A DNA stretch of 64,000 nt from a virus (lineage: Duplodnaviria; Caudoviricetes), in the IMG/VR virus record IMGVR_UViG_3300037721_000031, positions 128,001-192,000 of that record; one strand, written 5' to 3'. The translations under genes were made by a program, and so were the position numbers. The notes under the pieces are model-generated. The model was not told the origin of the DNA, made no database searches, and saw nothing but the letters and a program-made list of their open reading frames with translations. This document shows, piece after piece, positions 48,057-57,803 of the stretch (positions within the stretch are counted from its first letter, which is position 1; the number at the start of each line of letters is the position of its first letter).

Positions 48057-48761
48057 TTATGAGTTAACTGAATTCTTCTTCTTATACTCAGGATCAGTGA
48101 AGTTTATTTTCTTTAGAACTCGATTCATTCGCTCAGTAATATCCTTCTTAGTAGGATTTACAGTTACAAATAACTCATTCGTAACTCTGCTGTATGTACT
48201 GTACGAATTCGAACTACTTGAATCAAGGCCCGCTGCAAAGTAGAATACGTCTACAAAGCTTAACTCTGACGTATTAATTCTATCTTTAAGGATATTGAAT
48301 ATAGCATTACCGCTACCAAACACGACACTACTATTACCATCTAAACAATGTTTAGTTTTTATTAAATATGTACGGGTTGTCGTTCCACCAATACCGCTTA
48401 CTGTAATACCATTATGTTTAACATCACCAGATACAATAACGCATTCTCCATCTTCTAACAGACAGACAATTTCGTAATCTGATTGATGATTACGATGAAC
48501 AGGCATTCCGTTTAATATTTTTGTAAGTGTTTCGAGTTCAAAGCCTGCAAGATCTGAATGACTCATTAATGATTTTACATAGCTACTCGAACTAACATCA
48601 CCACAAGCAGCCATAGCAACTATTCGTTTACCTTTGTGAACGACAGTGCAGTCTGTCTCTATTTTGCATTTATTATCAAAATAGGTCTTCTCATTATGCC
48701 GGAGACTAGTAACTCTACAATCAGTAATCATGAAATCACGCGTTACCAAAATAGTAGTCAT
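48057..48761 (-). CDS. HslV/proteasome-beta-like Ntn-hydrolase fold protein
   Basis: N-terminal MTTI...ITDCRVT, AMAACGD, FGSG. Confidence 0.5.
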   Translation of the reverse strand: MTTILVTRDFMITDCRVTSLRHNEKTYFDNKCKIETDCTVVHKGKRIVAMAACGDVSSSSYVKSLMSHSDLAGFELETLTKILNGMPVHRNHQSDYEIVCLLEDGECVIVSGDVKHNGITVSGIGGTTTRTYLIKTKHCLDGNSSVVFGSGNAIFNILKDRINTSELSFVDVFYFAAGLDSSSSNSYSTYSRVTNELFVTVNPTKKDITERMNRVLKKINFTDPEYKKKNSVNS

Positions 48762-49243
48762 ACTCGCACTTTACTAGTAGAGATATCGTTAACAACCCAC
48801 TTACAGTTATTCTTCTCGTAGTTACCGTCAGTCTGTATTCTCTTCAGAATAGATTTACCTGGAGGCTTAGGACCCATGTCAGTTAGAAAATTCTGAAATG
48901 AGCTTAACCAACGATCACAAACCTCAATACCCTTTGCACCATAACACTTGTAGTTCGTAGAATTCTTATTGGTACAACGTTGAATTATTATAGACCACGC
49001 CATGTACGTCTTTGTATATGACATATCGTGGATGGTGTTAACTTTAATAGCTTGTTCTTTTCTATAACATCCACAACTAGTTGTACTTCCTCTAATAAGG
49101 TTACTGCCCGCTACAGTAACTTTGTTTCCACATTTACAGAGACAGTCCCAATGAATTGATCTACTCTTAGTTTTTACAGTGTTTTTATTTTGAACTGTTA
49201 GCTTTCCGAATATCTTATTTGTTAATTCTAAAGCTTTAGTCAT
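48758..49243 (-). CDS. HNH-type homing endonuclease-like protein, possibly degenerate
   Basis: GKLTV...WDCLCKCG...TTSCGC...YGAKGIEVCDRW..FQNFLTDMG...GNYEKNNCKW; the usual SIDRID reads SILKRIQ. Confidence 0.7.
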   Translation of the reverse strand: MTKALELTNKIFGKLTVQNKNTVKTKSRSIHWDCLCKCGNKVTVAGSNLIRGSTTSCGCYRKEQAIKVNTIHDMSYTKTYMAWSIIIQRCTNKNSTNYKCYGAKGIEVCDRWLSSFQNFLTDMGPKPPGKSILKRIQTDGNYEKNNCKWVVNDISTSKVRV

Positions 49244-49269
49244 TTCATACTCTTAAGTTTAAATGTTTG

Positions 49270-49926
49270 TCACTTATAAGCTATTAATAAATTTTTATAA
49301 GTGTAGAACAGATGTTTGTTGATTCTTTTAACCATTGCAAATACTCTAGACCAACGTGGCCTGACGTATACTGCATGATAAAATAAACTATTAGAGACAG
49401 GGTTATTAGACTTACCTGTCAATATTTCTAAAGCTAATTCCGTAGCTTTCAAATACGAATCTTGATCTGTAACAACATCTGGTAGGCCATCGCAGTACCA
49501 TGTGAATTGACATTTATACCTAACGGGTTTTCCCTTTACATGTTTTCCCTGCTTTACAACACCGCAGATAGTTTTTGGAAAACGATCATCGGCCACTCTA
49601 TTCAATACAACATACCCTACGGCTAGCATGCCCTCATCACCCTCTCCACGGGCTTCAAAATACATCACCTCTGTCATGCAAGCCAATTCTTTATAATCCA
49701 ACTGCAGGCTATTAATGAAAGATGATTGATTAAATAATGAAAGGATCCTACGCTTCTCATCAGAATCAGGTATATCAACTGTGGATTCAATAGCATTGTC
49801 ATTTTGGATAATGTCTGCTACGGGTGACACTACATTCAAAACTGTTCCACTATCTTCAACGTGCTTCGTTGTAGTGCATGCTGTGAATAATAGTTGCATT
49901 AATAGTAACCAGAAATATTTCTTCAT
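49270..49926 (-). CDS. SleB-like cell wall hydrolase (Hydrolase_2), probable lipoprotein
   Basis: Lipobox LFTAC; VMYFEARGEG...AVGYVVLNRV...FPKTICGVVKQ...CQFTWYCDG...FYHA...HLFY. Confidence 0.85.
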   Translation of the reverse strand: MKKYFWLLLMQLLFTACTTTKHVEDSGTVLNVVSPVADIIQNDNAIESTVDIPDSDEKRRILSLFNQSSFINSLQLDYKELACMTEVMYFEARGEGDEGMLAVGYVVLNRVADDRFPKTICGVVKQGKHVKGKPVRYKCQFTWYCDGLPDVVTDQDSYLKATELALEILTGKSNNPVSNSLFYHAVYVRPRWSRVFAMVKRINKHLFYTYKNLLIAYK

Positions 49927-50057
49927 TATATTCTTTCATTATGTTTTAAATTAACATCGTAAAACTTCATTACACACTGTATAAAGAAGCAACAAGTTTC
50001 TCTAACGTCTTGTCGTATTTGTAATATATGATTGAAAGAATATTGGCTTCAATTACG

Positions 50058-50095
50058 GCATAAAAGCTCAGGGATAGTACCCTGAGCTTTTATGC
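50058..50095. terminator. Terminator hairpin
   Basis: gcataaaagctcaggg-atagta-ccctgagcttttatgc. Confidence 0.75.
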
Positions 50096-50100
50096 TACCG

Positions 50101-50367
50101 TCACAAATACGTTGTACAGCTTTGAACAGCATCCGGATCTACCTCAGTAATACTGGGCATACGGAACTGGATTACATTATCCTTACCATCATTACGGTAG
50201 GTGAGCTCTTCCCACCCCGATGAAGTACGAATTTTCTCTAGAGCTAATTTATCCTCTTCAGTTAATGATTTTCCAGACCGAATATCGAACTTTGGGCAAT
50301 TTCCTTGCCTAAGCTTAATTGCTTTTTCCGATAGCCGATCATAAGAACGTGAAAGATTCGAGCTCAT
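50101..50367 (-). CDS. Hypothetical protein
   Basis: 88-aa ORF. Confidence 0.55.
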   Translation of the reverse strand: MSSNLSRSYDRLSEKAIKLRQGNCPKFDIRSGKSLTEEDKLALEKIRTSSGWEELTYRNDGKDNVIQFRMPSITEVDPDAVQSCTTYL

Positions 50368-50572
50368 TACTTAATACCTTTAGAAAACTGTGTTACGACA
50401 GACTCACAGTCAGATGTCGTGGGTTATTTTGTATTTGAGGTAGATGGAGTCACTAACGCTATCCCTGAGTTAGTCTACCTCATAAGTAATACTGCCTATT
50501 TTATTAAGCAGAAATTTGTGTTACTGTATCATCGTAAACAGTGAACATTTTCTACTATATTTGTAACAATTA

Positions 50573-50923
50573 CTAATTTGATTGCACAGAGTTGCAGTTA
50601 CTGACCGCCATATCAAAAACGGTACTAAGCTTAGGAGCCACCATACCACCAATAGCGTTGTACAACTTCTCGCCATTGACGATCAATTGTAAAGTAGGTA
50701 CGGCAGCAACACCCATACTCATAACGAACTGACGATGAGTTTCACAGTCAATTGTGACTACTTTGACCAGAGGATTATCCTCAGTCATCTTCTCAATAAT
50801 TGGAGTTAACTGCTTACAAGGTCCGCACCAAGGGGTCTTAAAGTAAACAACAACTGGTTTATCAGACTTTAGTACTTCTTGCTGGTAGTTACTTGGGGTA
50901 ATTTCTTGCAGAATTGTAGACAT
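50573..50923 (-). CDS. trxA: Thioredoxin
   Basis: WCGPC active site, VPTL. Confidence 0.9.
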   Translation of the reverse strand: MSTILQEITPSNYQQEVLKSDKPVVVYFKTPWCGPCKQLTPIIEKMTEDNPLVKVVTIDCETHRQFVMSMGVAAVPTLQLIVNGEKLYNAIGGMVAPKLSTVFDMAVSNCNSVQSN

Positions 50924-50929
50924 ATTAGT

Positions 50930-51244
50930 TCAACTAGATAATGGAATTAAGGGCATGAAGGATAAGTCTAGAAAGCACTCACCAAATCCAATCGATAACG
51001 TATAGGCTATTCGACCATGTGGTTTCTTTCCAGGCTCACCAATCACTTTAAAACTAAAGGTAGTCGCCATCTCATTCACTACTGTATCAGGAGTGCTTGG
51101 GCTCTCTACCCAGGGAATGCAGACTATATCGAAGTCACGAGCTAGTGATCCGTGAACCGATAGTGCGTAACCGTGCTTTCTAGCTATCTCAGTTAATTCA
51201 GGGTATAAAGCACAATACACCGGTGAGTAGTTAGGAGATTTCAT
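50930..51244 (-). CDS. Hypothetical phage protein (nucleotidyltransferase-like HGS..RDFD motif)
   Basis: GYALSVHGSLARDFDIV. Confidence 0.5.
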   Translation of the reverse strand: MKSPNYSPVYCALYPELTEIARKHGYALSVHGSLARDFDIVCIPWVESPSTPDTVVNEMATTFSFKVIGEPGKKPHGRIAYTLSIGFGECFLDLSFMPLIPLSS

Positions 51245-52965
51245 AGTACAACTTCAGCTTTCTCCAAGTACCTGACCATTAGCTGTAATGATCTACGGTC
51301 TTTCCAAGAATTGACATTTAACTCATAAGCTACACGGATTAGTCCGTGCGGTTCAGGGCCTTTTAATCCATTGAAGTATATCGCTTCATAACTAGAGTTA
51401 CTTTTAGGATCGATTAGCTTCATCTTTAGATGCTTTCCGCCCAGTACAACATAGTCTTCACAGTAGAAAACATTATCGAAAACAGGTTCTGGAAACGCTT
51501 GACCCCATGGTCCACAGGCTGCTAGGTGATCCGCAAAATCAATATTAATCAGGTCAGACGATAATTCACCATCACTATATATCACAGCACTTAGTAGATC
51601 ATCATTTAGAAGTTCTTTTGCCACATTATCAAAAGCAATTCTGAATCTTTCTAAATCAGCCTCTTTGATACTAAGACCAGCAGCCATAGCGTGACCACCA
51701 AACTTTTGTATTAACCCTGGATTACGTGTGTCTACTAGCACAAGTGCATCACGCATGTGGAATCCAGCAATTGACCGGCAAGATCCACGTAGAATTACTT
51801 CTGGTGATTCATCAGGTGCAAATGCTATTACCGGTCTATGCAAGTTCTCTTTTAGACGTGCAGCTACTAGACCTACGATACCGTGATGCCATGACTTATC
51901 GTAAACAACAATACCGACTTCACCAGTTTCCTTTATGTTCAAAACATGCTTTTCAGCCTGCTCAATCATATCAGTTTGCTTCTCGCGCCTATCCTGATTA
52001 ATTTCATCTAGACATTTAGCAAGTTCTAAAGCTTTAGCTGGATCAGTTTCTAATAGTGTTAAGACACCTACGCGCATGTCTTGCATTCTACCAGCAGCAT
52101 TAATGCGTGGAGCGAGACTGAATGAGATGTCCTTAGAAATGATCTTACTGTAGTCTTTCTTAGCTATCTGTGCTAACGCCAGGATACCTGGACTACAATT
52201 ACCAGAGCGTATCCGACGAAGACCTGTTTCTACTAGAATACGATTATTCTGATCTAGAGGTACAAGATCAGCAATTGTACCAAATGCTACCAGATCAGTT
52301 AGTTCCATCAATGATGGTTCTTTCTTATCTTTCCAGTGACCGATTAGTCTCAGCTTTGTCCTAATAGCCATCAAGACGTAGAACATAACACCTACACCGG
52401 CTAGCATCTTACTAGGAAACTGATCACCCTTTAAGTTAGGGTTAACGATCGCGTCAGCTGGTGGTAATGGACCTTCTGGTGGTAAATGATGATCCGTAAT
52501 AACTACCACAATACCTTTGGACTTAGCATGTATAACACCTTCTACACTAGCTACTCCGGAATCTACAGTAACTATTACATCTGGCTTGAATTCGGACATA
52601 GCGTCTACCAGAGGTACGCTGAGACCATAACCGTGCAGGAAGCGATTAGGGATGATGAACTCTGTACACGTAGCACCTAGTATACGGAGTCCTTTAATCG
52701 CCACTGCAGTGCCTGTAGCCCCATCACAGTCGTAGTCTCCAGCCACCATTATTCTCTTATTCTTTAGAATAGCGTTGATCAGTATTTCTACTGCTGTATC
52801 TATACCACCTAGACGACTAGGAGATATTAAATCAACTAGTCGCTGACTTAAACCTTCTGGAGAAACTACACCACGAGCAGCATAGATACGCTGCATAACG
52901 TCAGGAGTATCTGTTGACCAATTAATTGGTTTTCCAAATAACTTTCTTCTTTTGATAGTTGTCAC
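51241..52965 (-). CDS. recJ: ssDNA-specific exonuclease RecJ
   Basis: GDYDCDG, VTVDSG, ITDHH, APRINAAGR, GSCRS, GGHAMAAG, PWGQAFPEP. Confidence 0.95.
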   Translation of the reverse strand: MTTIKRRKLFGKPINWSTDTPDVMQRIYAARGVVSPEGLSQRLVDLISPSRLGGIDTAVEILINAILKNKRIMVAGDYDCDGATGTAVAIKGLRILGATCTEFIIPNRFLHGYGLSVPLVDAMSEFKPDVIVTVDSGVASVEGVIHAKSKGIVVVITDHHLPPEGPLPPADAIVNPNLKGDQFPSKMLAGVGVMFYVLMAIRTKLRLIGHWKDKKEPSLMELTDLVAFGTIADLVPLDQNNRILVETGLRRIRSGNCSPGILALAQIAKKDYSKIISKDISFSLAPRINAAGRMQDMRVGVLTLLETDPAKALELAKCLDEINQDRREKQTDMIEQAEKHVLNIKETGEVGIVVYDKSWHHGIVGLVAARLKENLHRPVIAFAPDESPEVILRGSCRSIAGFHMRDALVLVDTRNPGLIQKFGGHAMAAGLSIKEADLERFRIAFDNVAKELLNDDLLSAVIYSDGELSSDLINIDFADHLAACGPWGQAFPEPVFDNVFYCEDYVVLGGKHLKMKLIDPKSNSSYEAIYFNGLKGPEPHGLIRVAYELNVNSWKDRRSLQLMVRYLEKAEVVL

Positions 52966-52981
52966 TTGGAATTCCTATAAT

Positions 52982-53449
52982 TTAAGGTTTATACTGACCG
53001 ATAGACAACGGCTTGCCTGATAGCGTGATAGGCTGAATGAACGTGGCCTTCTTACGTGGATCAAACACAGGAGCTGGATCATTTGCACGGGTTGTCAATG
53101 CTGAGATACCACCAGGGTCACGAGACAGCGACACAGGTTGAATTGTAACTGTCTTAACTGCCTTGCTGACAGGTGTAGTACTCTTAGCAGCTTTAGAACT
53201 ACTAACCGCAGTCTTCTTAGGAGCTGACTTCTTAGCAACTTGCTTTACAGCCACAACGTTCTTTGTCTTCTTTTCGGAGACCTTCGATACAGTTGTCAGA
53301 TTTGTATTGACTTCAGCTAGTGCTTTCTTAGCCAAGTCTTTGGCCTTTTTCAGACCGGCAACATTCTTATCAGTCTTCACAGACGTATCCACGATAAAGT
53401 TTACTTTACCGAGAGGTACTTTGTTGACACTAGTGGTATTTTTCTTCAT
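52982..53449 (-). CDS. Lys/Ala-rich basic (histone-like) protein
   Basis: Low-complexity K/A/V/S/T composition. Confidence 0.55.
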   Translation of the reverse strand: MKKNTTSVNKVPLGKVNFIVDTSVKTDKNVAGLKKAKDLAKKALAEVNTNLTTVSKVSEKKTKNVVAVKQVAKKSAPKKTAVSSSKAAKSTTPVSKAVKTVTIQPVSLSRDPGGISALTTRANDPAPVFDPRKKATFIQPITLSGKPLSIGQYKP

Positions 53450-53464
53450 GATTGTTTCCTATTA

Positions 53465-53710
53465 TTAATCCGGTGTGTCCGAATAAGGAGTTGATGGTAG
53501 ATACTTCTTAATCTCTGTATTAAACTCATCAATTAGTTGGTCAATTGGATTATTGTATCCAATTAGTCCTCTAGTAATTCTGAGTTCGTGTACAGTATGT
53601 GGTGACCCTGTAAGTGCAGTTAAAACTTCATTCAAAGCCTTTGCACTTACGCTGACTTTTAAATCAGTTTCGTTTGAAGACGTTACTGATTTATTTTCAT
53701 TATTATCCAT
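53465..53710 (-). CDS. Hypothetical protein
   Basis: 81-aa ORF. Confidence 0.55.
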   Translation of the reverse strand: MDNNENKSVTSSNETDLKVSVSAKALNEVLTALTGSPHTVHELRITRGLIGYNNPIDQLIDEFNTEIKKYLPSTPYSDTPD

Positions 53711-53783
53711 GAATATTTTTTCCTGTGGAGAATTAGTTAAGTCGTATTATTGAAACTCTAAATAAAAAAATAAGTAAGACACC

Positions 53784-53819
53784 TCTGTATATTACTAGTT
53801 ATAACTAGTAATATACAGA
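53784..53819. promoter_or_regulatory. Perfect 36-bp palindrome carrying TATATTAC on both strands
   Basis: tctgtatattactagttataactagtaatatacaga; TATATTAC is the reported phiKZ early promoter motif. Confidence 0.45.
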
Positions 53820-53878
53820 TAGTGACTATGTCCCTTTATTTATTGTTTTGCAGCATAAAAGAAAAGTAAATATGGCAG

Positions 53879-54235
53879 TCAGGCAGATACCCTGATAGTA
53901 GTACCGTTGAACCTCAATGTAATACTATTAGCTTCAATAAACGGTACTTCAGTCACATCACGCGTAAGCTTTACATGCATACTGTCAAAGCTCCTCATTG
54001 GGAAGTTCATACCGTCAAAAACTTTAAGATCAACCGAGTGAATCTTAGTTACGGATCCATTCGTTTCAACAGTACATACTGCCATATCCACTGCATCGCT
54101 TTTGTCAATGGTTATTCCGTATTTTCCATCTGACTCAGGCAGCATTGAATTATTTTCAAAGTACGTGATAATGGAAGCTGCGTACCTACGAACAGCTGCG
54201 CCATCCACTACATTAGTCTGCTTAACTACAGTCAT
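53879..54235 (-). CDS. Hypothetical protein
   Basis: 118-aa ORF. Confidence 0.55.
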   Translation of the reverse strand: MTVVKQTNVVDGAAVRRYAASIITYFENNSMLPESDGKYGITIDKSDAVDMAVCTVETNGSVTKIHSVDLKVFDGMNFPMRSFDSMHVKLTRDVTEVPFIEANSITLRFNGTTIRVSA

Positions 54236-54382
54236 TTTACTTACCTAATTAATTTAATAACTGAAGATAGTTCATCGAAATTAAATACAATAAACTTCGA
54301 TGAACTATGCCGTATACTACACGCTATGTCTTAGAACTTTAGATACTCATTCTTTATTAAACACTACCCGAACACTCTAGTG

Positions 54383-54703
54383 TTAGAGTGTCTTCATGAG
54401 AATGCGTCCTTGCTTATGAGTCTGGTAAATAACAGGGTTACCAGACTCTTGAGCCCATTGTAAACGTATGGTACTAAGAAAACTCTCATCGTTTAAATGG
54501 TGTTTTGATAACACATCCTGAACAGTCTCAGCATTTATCCACATTCCGTCACCTCTAAGGAACTGGGGCGACCAGCTACTTTTGATCGTGACGATGTTAT
54601 GTTTAGGGACCACTATGTTCATCAAGCTCTCAGCTTTAACAACTGCAGGCGCGGCAACTATCAAGCTAAGTCCACGTAAGAAGTTCCTACGACTATTAAC
54701 CAT
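54383..54703 (-). CDS. Protein with twin-arginine (Tat)-like N-terminal motif
   Basis: NSRRNFLRGLSLIVAAPAVVKA. Confidence 0.55.
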   Translation of the reverse strand: MVNSRRNFLRGLSLIVAAPAVVKAESLMNIVVPKHNIVTIKSSWSPQFLRGDGMWINAETVQDVLSKHHLNDESFLSTIRLQWAQESGNPVIYQTHKQGRILMKTL

Positions 54704-54847
54704 TTTAGCCTTCTTTCTTTAATGGAGTTCGCTGACTCATAGACTTGTCCTTAAAATACTCAGTATAGAGCTTCAAGTTTAGACCAAGAATAATGAGATT
54801 AGCAATTAAAATTACTGAGTTAAAGATGGCGAAAGATATCTCCACTA

Positions 54848-55051
54848 TTAAACCTTTGAGATTATGATTATCTCTTTAGCTTTACGACGCAGTTGTATCT
54901 GGCTGTCCAAGAAATCTTTTAACGAAGTCTTAATTGAAACTGCCTTGGCCTTTTCCCACATACGTTCATGAAATGCACGACGTTGTTCTTCTGTAGATTG
55001 TCCAAGAGGATGATTCTCTAAAGGAGTTGACATTACTTTTAGTTGCTGCAT
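54848..55051 (-). CDS. Hypothetical protein
   Basis: 67-aa ORF 3 nt downstream of dcd. Confidence 0.5.
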   Translation of the reverse strand: MQQLKVMSTPLENHPLGQSTEEQRRAFHERMWEKAKAVSIKTSLKDFLDSQIQLRRKAKEIIIISKV

Positions 55052-55054
55052 TAT

Positions 55055-55654
55055 TTACACCTTTGGAAGAACAATTTCAGCTGCTTGTCCTTGATACTTA
55101 CCACTACGATCGCGATAAGTCACACTCGGCCTAGCTCCTCGAAAGAACTGAATTTGCAGACCGCCTTCATTAGCATAAATTTTTGCAGGCGAAGGAGTTG
55201 TATTTGCAAACTCAAGAGTGAGGTATCCTTCCCACCCAGGCTCTAGAGGAGTAACTAAGCAGTTAATACCGACTCTAGCAATTGTAGACTTACCAACGCA
55301 GATCCCGACTACATCTTCCGGCATACTGAAACGATCCAATGTTCGTGTCAGAATAAATGAGTTCGGAGGGATGATGCAGTAATCGCCTTCTTTTTCTACG
55401 TAATTCTTAGGATTGAAGTCCTTTGGATCGACAATTGTAGAGTGTACGTTAGTGAAGACTTTAAACTCAGGGGCGACTCGTGCATCATAACCAAACGATG
55501 ATAGTCCGTAACTAATGATGCGCTCATTCTTATCATTAGCTTTTACAGAATGATCAACGAAGGGTGAAATCATTGGATTAGGACCCTGACAGAGCTCAGC
55601 AATCTGCCAGTCTGCTAAGATACCATAGTGATTTTCTGTAGATGACATGATCAA
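55055..55654 (-). CDS. dcd: dCTP deaminase
   Basis: [45 protein letters not shown]. Confidence 0.95.
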   Translation of the reverse strand: MIMSSTENHYGILADWQIAELCQGPNPMISPFVDHSVKANDKNERIISYGLSSFGYDARVAPEFKVFTNVHSTIVDPKDFNPKNYVEKEGDYCIIPPNSFILTRTLDRFSMPEDVVGICVGKSTIARVGINCLVTPLEPGWEGYLTLEFANTTPSPAKIYANEGGLQIQFFRGARPSVTYRDRSGKYQGQAAEIVLPKV

Positions 55655-56163
55655 TGTACCAACCTAAGATGAGGACGCGGCTTCTCCACAGTAGCTTCAG
55701 ATGTCTTATCTTCTCTCAGCTCGGTAGCTTCGCCTGCAACCTTACTGCTCACAGCCAGTGTTTCTTGACCATAGTACAGTGAGAAGTTAGATGCCGCAAT
55801 GTTACGAATATCGTCAGGTGATGAAATCGCTACAATTGATTCAAACGGAAGAAACACGTCAGTAGAGTTTCCGTTAAAACGCATTTTGGCACCAAATCCC
55901 TTATCATTCTGATAAAAAGAACTAGTTGCCATTAAACCAAAGTTTAGCGTCAGTATCTCTACATAAATCATCTCATGATGGCTGTCGCCGTTAGCGTCTT
56001 TAGTCATCACTGGACATGGAGCGGTTCGCATAGCGACACCAGCAGGGGCGACTACGCCAGGGCACTTACCTGCAGCATGCAGGTGAACCTTCTCGAAGTT
56101 TTCACACATCCATGAAAACAGTGCCGGAAGCATGTGGCGGCGCGGATCAGTCATGTCGATCAT
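55651..56163 (-). CDS. sspB: Stringent starvation protein B (ClpXP adaptor)-like
   Basis: A.FSW..EN, LNFG, MRFNG...[12 protein letters not shown]-terminal XB-like RPHLRLVH. Confidence 0.75.
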   Translation of the reverse strand: MIDMTDPRRHMLPALFSWMCENFEKVHLHAAGKCPGVVAPAGVAMRTAPCPVMTKDANGDSHHEMIYVEILTLNFGLMATSSFYQNDKGFGAKMRFNGNSTDVFLPFESIVAISSPDDIRNIAASNFSLYYGQETLAVSSKVAGEATELREDKTSEATVEKPRPHLRLVH

Positions 56164-56194
56164 ATTCGTTATCCTTTTTTGATTAATATTCAGT

Positions 56195-56473
56195 TTATAC
56201 TGAACCAGGGTTTACAATGTTCCAACAAGCATCAGGAAGCTGACTTTTCTCAACGGTGAAATGTAAAGCTGAATCTTGTTTTATACGGCGCAGTACTTCG
56301 GCTTCAACGTCGCGCATAACTTTCAGCGCGTCAGTCTGCGTAAGCCAGATTTGAGTTTTTGGCTTATCGTTATTAAGCGATATTGTAGGAAGTAATGCGA
56401 ACATCTCCGCATCAGTTAATGTTTTACTAGTCATTTTATATCCTATCAGAAAACACAAACTAAATGTTATCAA
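56195..56473 (-). CDS. Hypothetical protein
   Basis: 92-aa ORF; true start may be the internal Met. Confidence 0.5.
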   Translation of the reverse strand: MITFSLCFLIGYKMTSKTLTDAEMFALLPTISLNNDKPKTQIWLTQTDALKVMRDVEAEVLRRIKQDSALHFTVEKSQLPDACWNIVNPGSV

Positions 56474-56480
56474 TGTAATT

Positions 56481-56897
56481 TCATCGTTCTAGAAACATTT
56501 TCCATTTCGATGGGAATGAGCAGTTAATAGCTTCTGCGAAGAACGGTGCAATTTGTGAAGCAGAATGACCAGCATACCCGCAAGCAACACCAGTTACCCA
56601 CCACTTTAATTCTAAGTGTTTCTTTGTGAAATCAGAAAAGAGCATGACTGATTTTCTTATGTTAGTCAAAGGTAGTGTTATTATATCTTTCGTAGACCTA
56701 ATATACAGTCTTGTAGGGATAGCGTATGCTTCACCAGTCATGCCTTCAGAAACACCTATCTTTGCACCGAACGATACTCTGGCTTTTAAAGCAGCACCAG
56801 CACCATGAATGCCACCAGTATTACTTCCGAATACAAAGATCTCACCTTGTTCTGGTAAAGTACCATCAGTGTGGTACGCGCGCTTTATCGTTTCCAT
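56481..56897 (-). CDS. Conserved phage protein with macro-like FVFGSN..G.HG.GAA motif
   Basis: EIFVFGSNTGGIHGAGAA...YAIPT...VTGVACGYAG. Confidence 0.65.
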   Translation of the reverse strand: METIKRAYHTDGTLPEQGEIFVFGSNTGGIHGAGAALKARVSFGAKIGVSEGMTGEAYAIPTRLYIRSTKDIITLPLTNIRKSVMLFSDFTKKHLELKWWVTGVACGYAGHSASQIAPFFAEAINCSFPSKWKMFLER

Positions 56898-57214
56898 TGT
56901 TTATAATGCTGTTCTATGAGTACAGGTATACAAATGAAGATCTGAAAAATGTAGAACGCTATAATAACTATTGATAATACTGGTACTAGTCCAGCAAACA
57001 AGATAGTAAACGCGTCTGACATTTTTGGCTTCGTATACAACTTCATTTCGAAAGGACCATAGATGAATAATAGGTAACCTACACCTATAATCACAGGTAC
57101 CTTCGTTCCAGTCGGTATCATCCACACATACACTAAAGTATACAATGTATGAATGGTGAGTAATGTGCTTGGAAGTAACCATGCGTAGACTACTACGTTT
57201 TGAAAGTTTTCCAT
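56885..57214 (-). CDS. Membrane protein (about three TM segments)
   Basis: Highly hydrophobic 109-aa ORF. Confidence 0.55.
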   Translation of the reverse strand: MENFQNVVVYAWLLPSTLLTIHTLYTLVYVWMIPTGTKVPVIIGVGYLLFIYGPFEMKLYTKPKMSDAFTILFAGLVPVLSIVIIAFYIFQIFICIPVLIEQHYKQWKR

Positions 57215-57269
57215 AAAGTTCCAATAATACTGTTTCTCAACAAATAAACCGATCCATTATTACATTTAT

Positions 57270-57277
57270 GTAATATA
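57270..57277 (-). promoter_or_regulatory. Putative early promoter motif TATATTAC
   Basis: Intergenic, upstream of a minus-strand operon; a second intergenic copy lies at 50021-50028. Confidence 0.45.
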
Positions 57278-57312
57278 GGCTTAAAAGAATCTAGATTCTT
57301 ACTACTACAGGT

Positions 57313-57678
57313 TCAGTTTAGGGACTTACTATCGTCGATCCCTGTTAATACACTAACATCCTTAGGATCAATATTGGCATCCATGAGTAACGCAGGTAAC
57401 GCCATACTGAACATCATGTTTTGTCTAGCATTCTCATCAGAGTCCATAAATTTTTGACGTAATTCTAAAGACCATCCTAACTGTGACTTACAACAAGAGA
57501 AATCTGGACAACACTCACCACCTTCAATCTTCATTATACGAATTACGTTATCATTGTCATCCACTATCTTTATGTCTGCATCGTTATTGTGAATAGAAAC
57601 ACCCTTAACCCATTCACTGAGTTGATGATCATGCGATTGCTTATAGGTCATGTTTATATCTTCTGCATAGTTGAACAT
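57313..57678 (-). CDS. Hypothetical Cys-containing protein
   Basis: W..G...HN...ECCPDFSCC. Confidence 0.6.
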   Translation of the reverse strand: MFNYAEDINMTYKQSHDHQLSEWVKGVSIHNNDADIKIVDDNDNVIRIMKIEGGECCPDFSCCKSQLGWSLELRQKFMDSDENARQNMMFSMALPALLMDANIDPKDVSVLTGIDDSKSLN

Positions 57679-57803
57679 TATAATTCTAGCACTCTTGTAA
57701 AAAATATAAAACGACAGAATACGTTAGTTGAATCTTATGAAATCGATTAACGTATTCTGTTTAATTAGTTGAACATTAATTATAACTCTAAGGAAGTTCT
57801 GGT

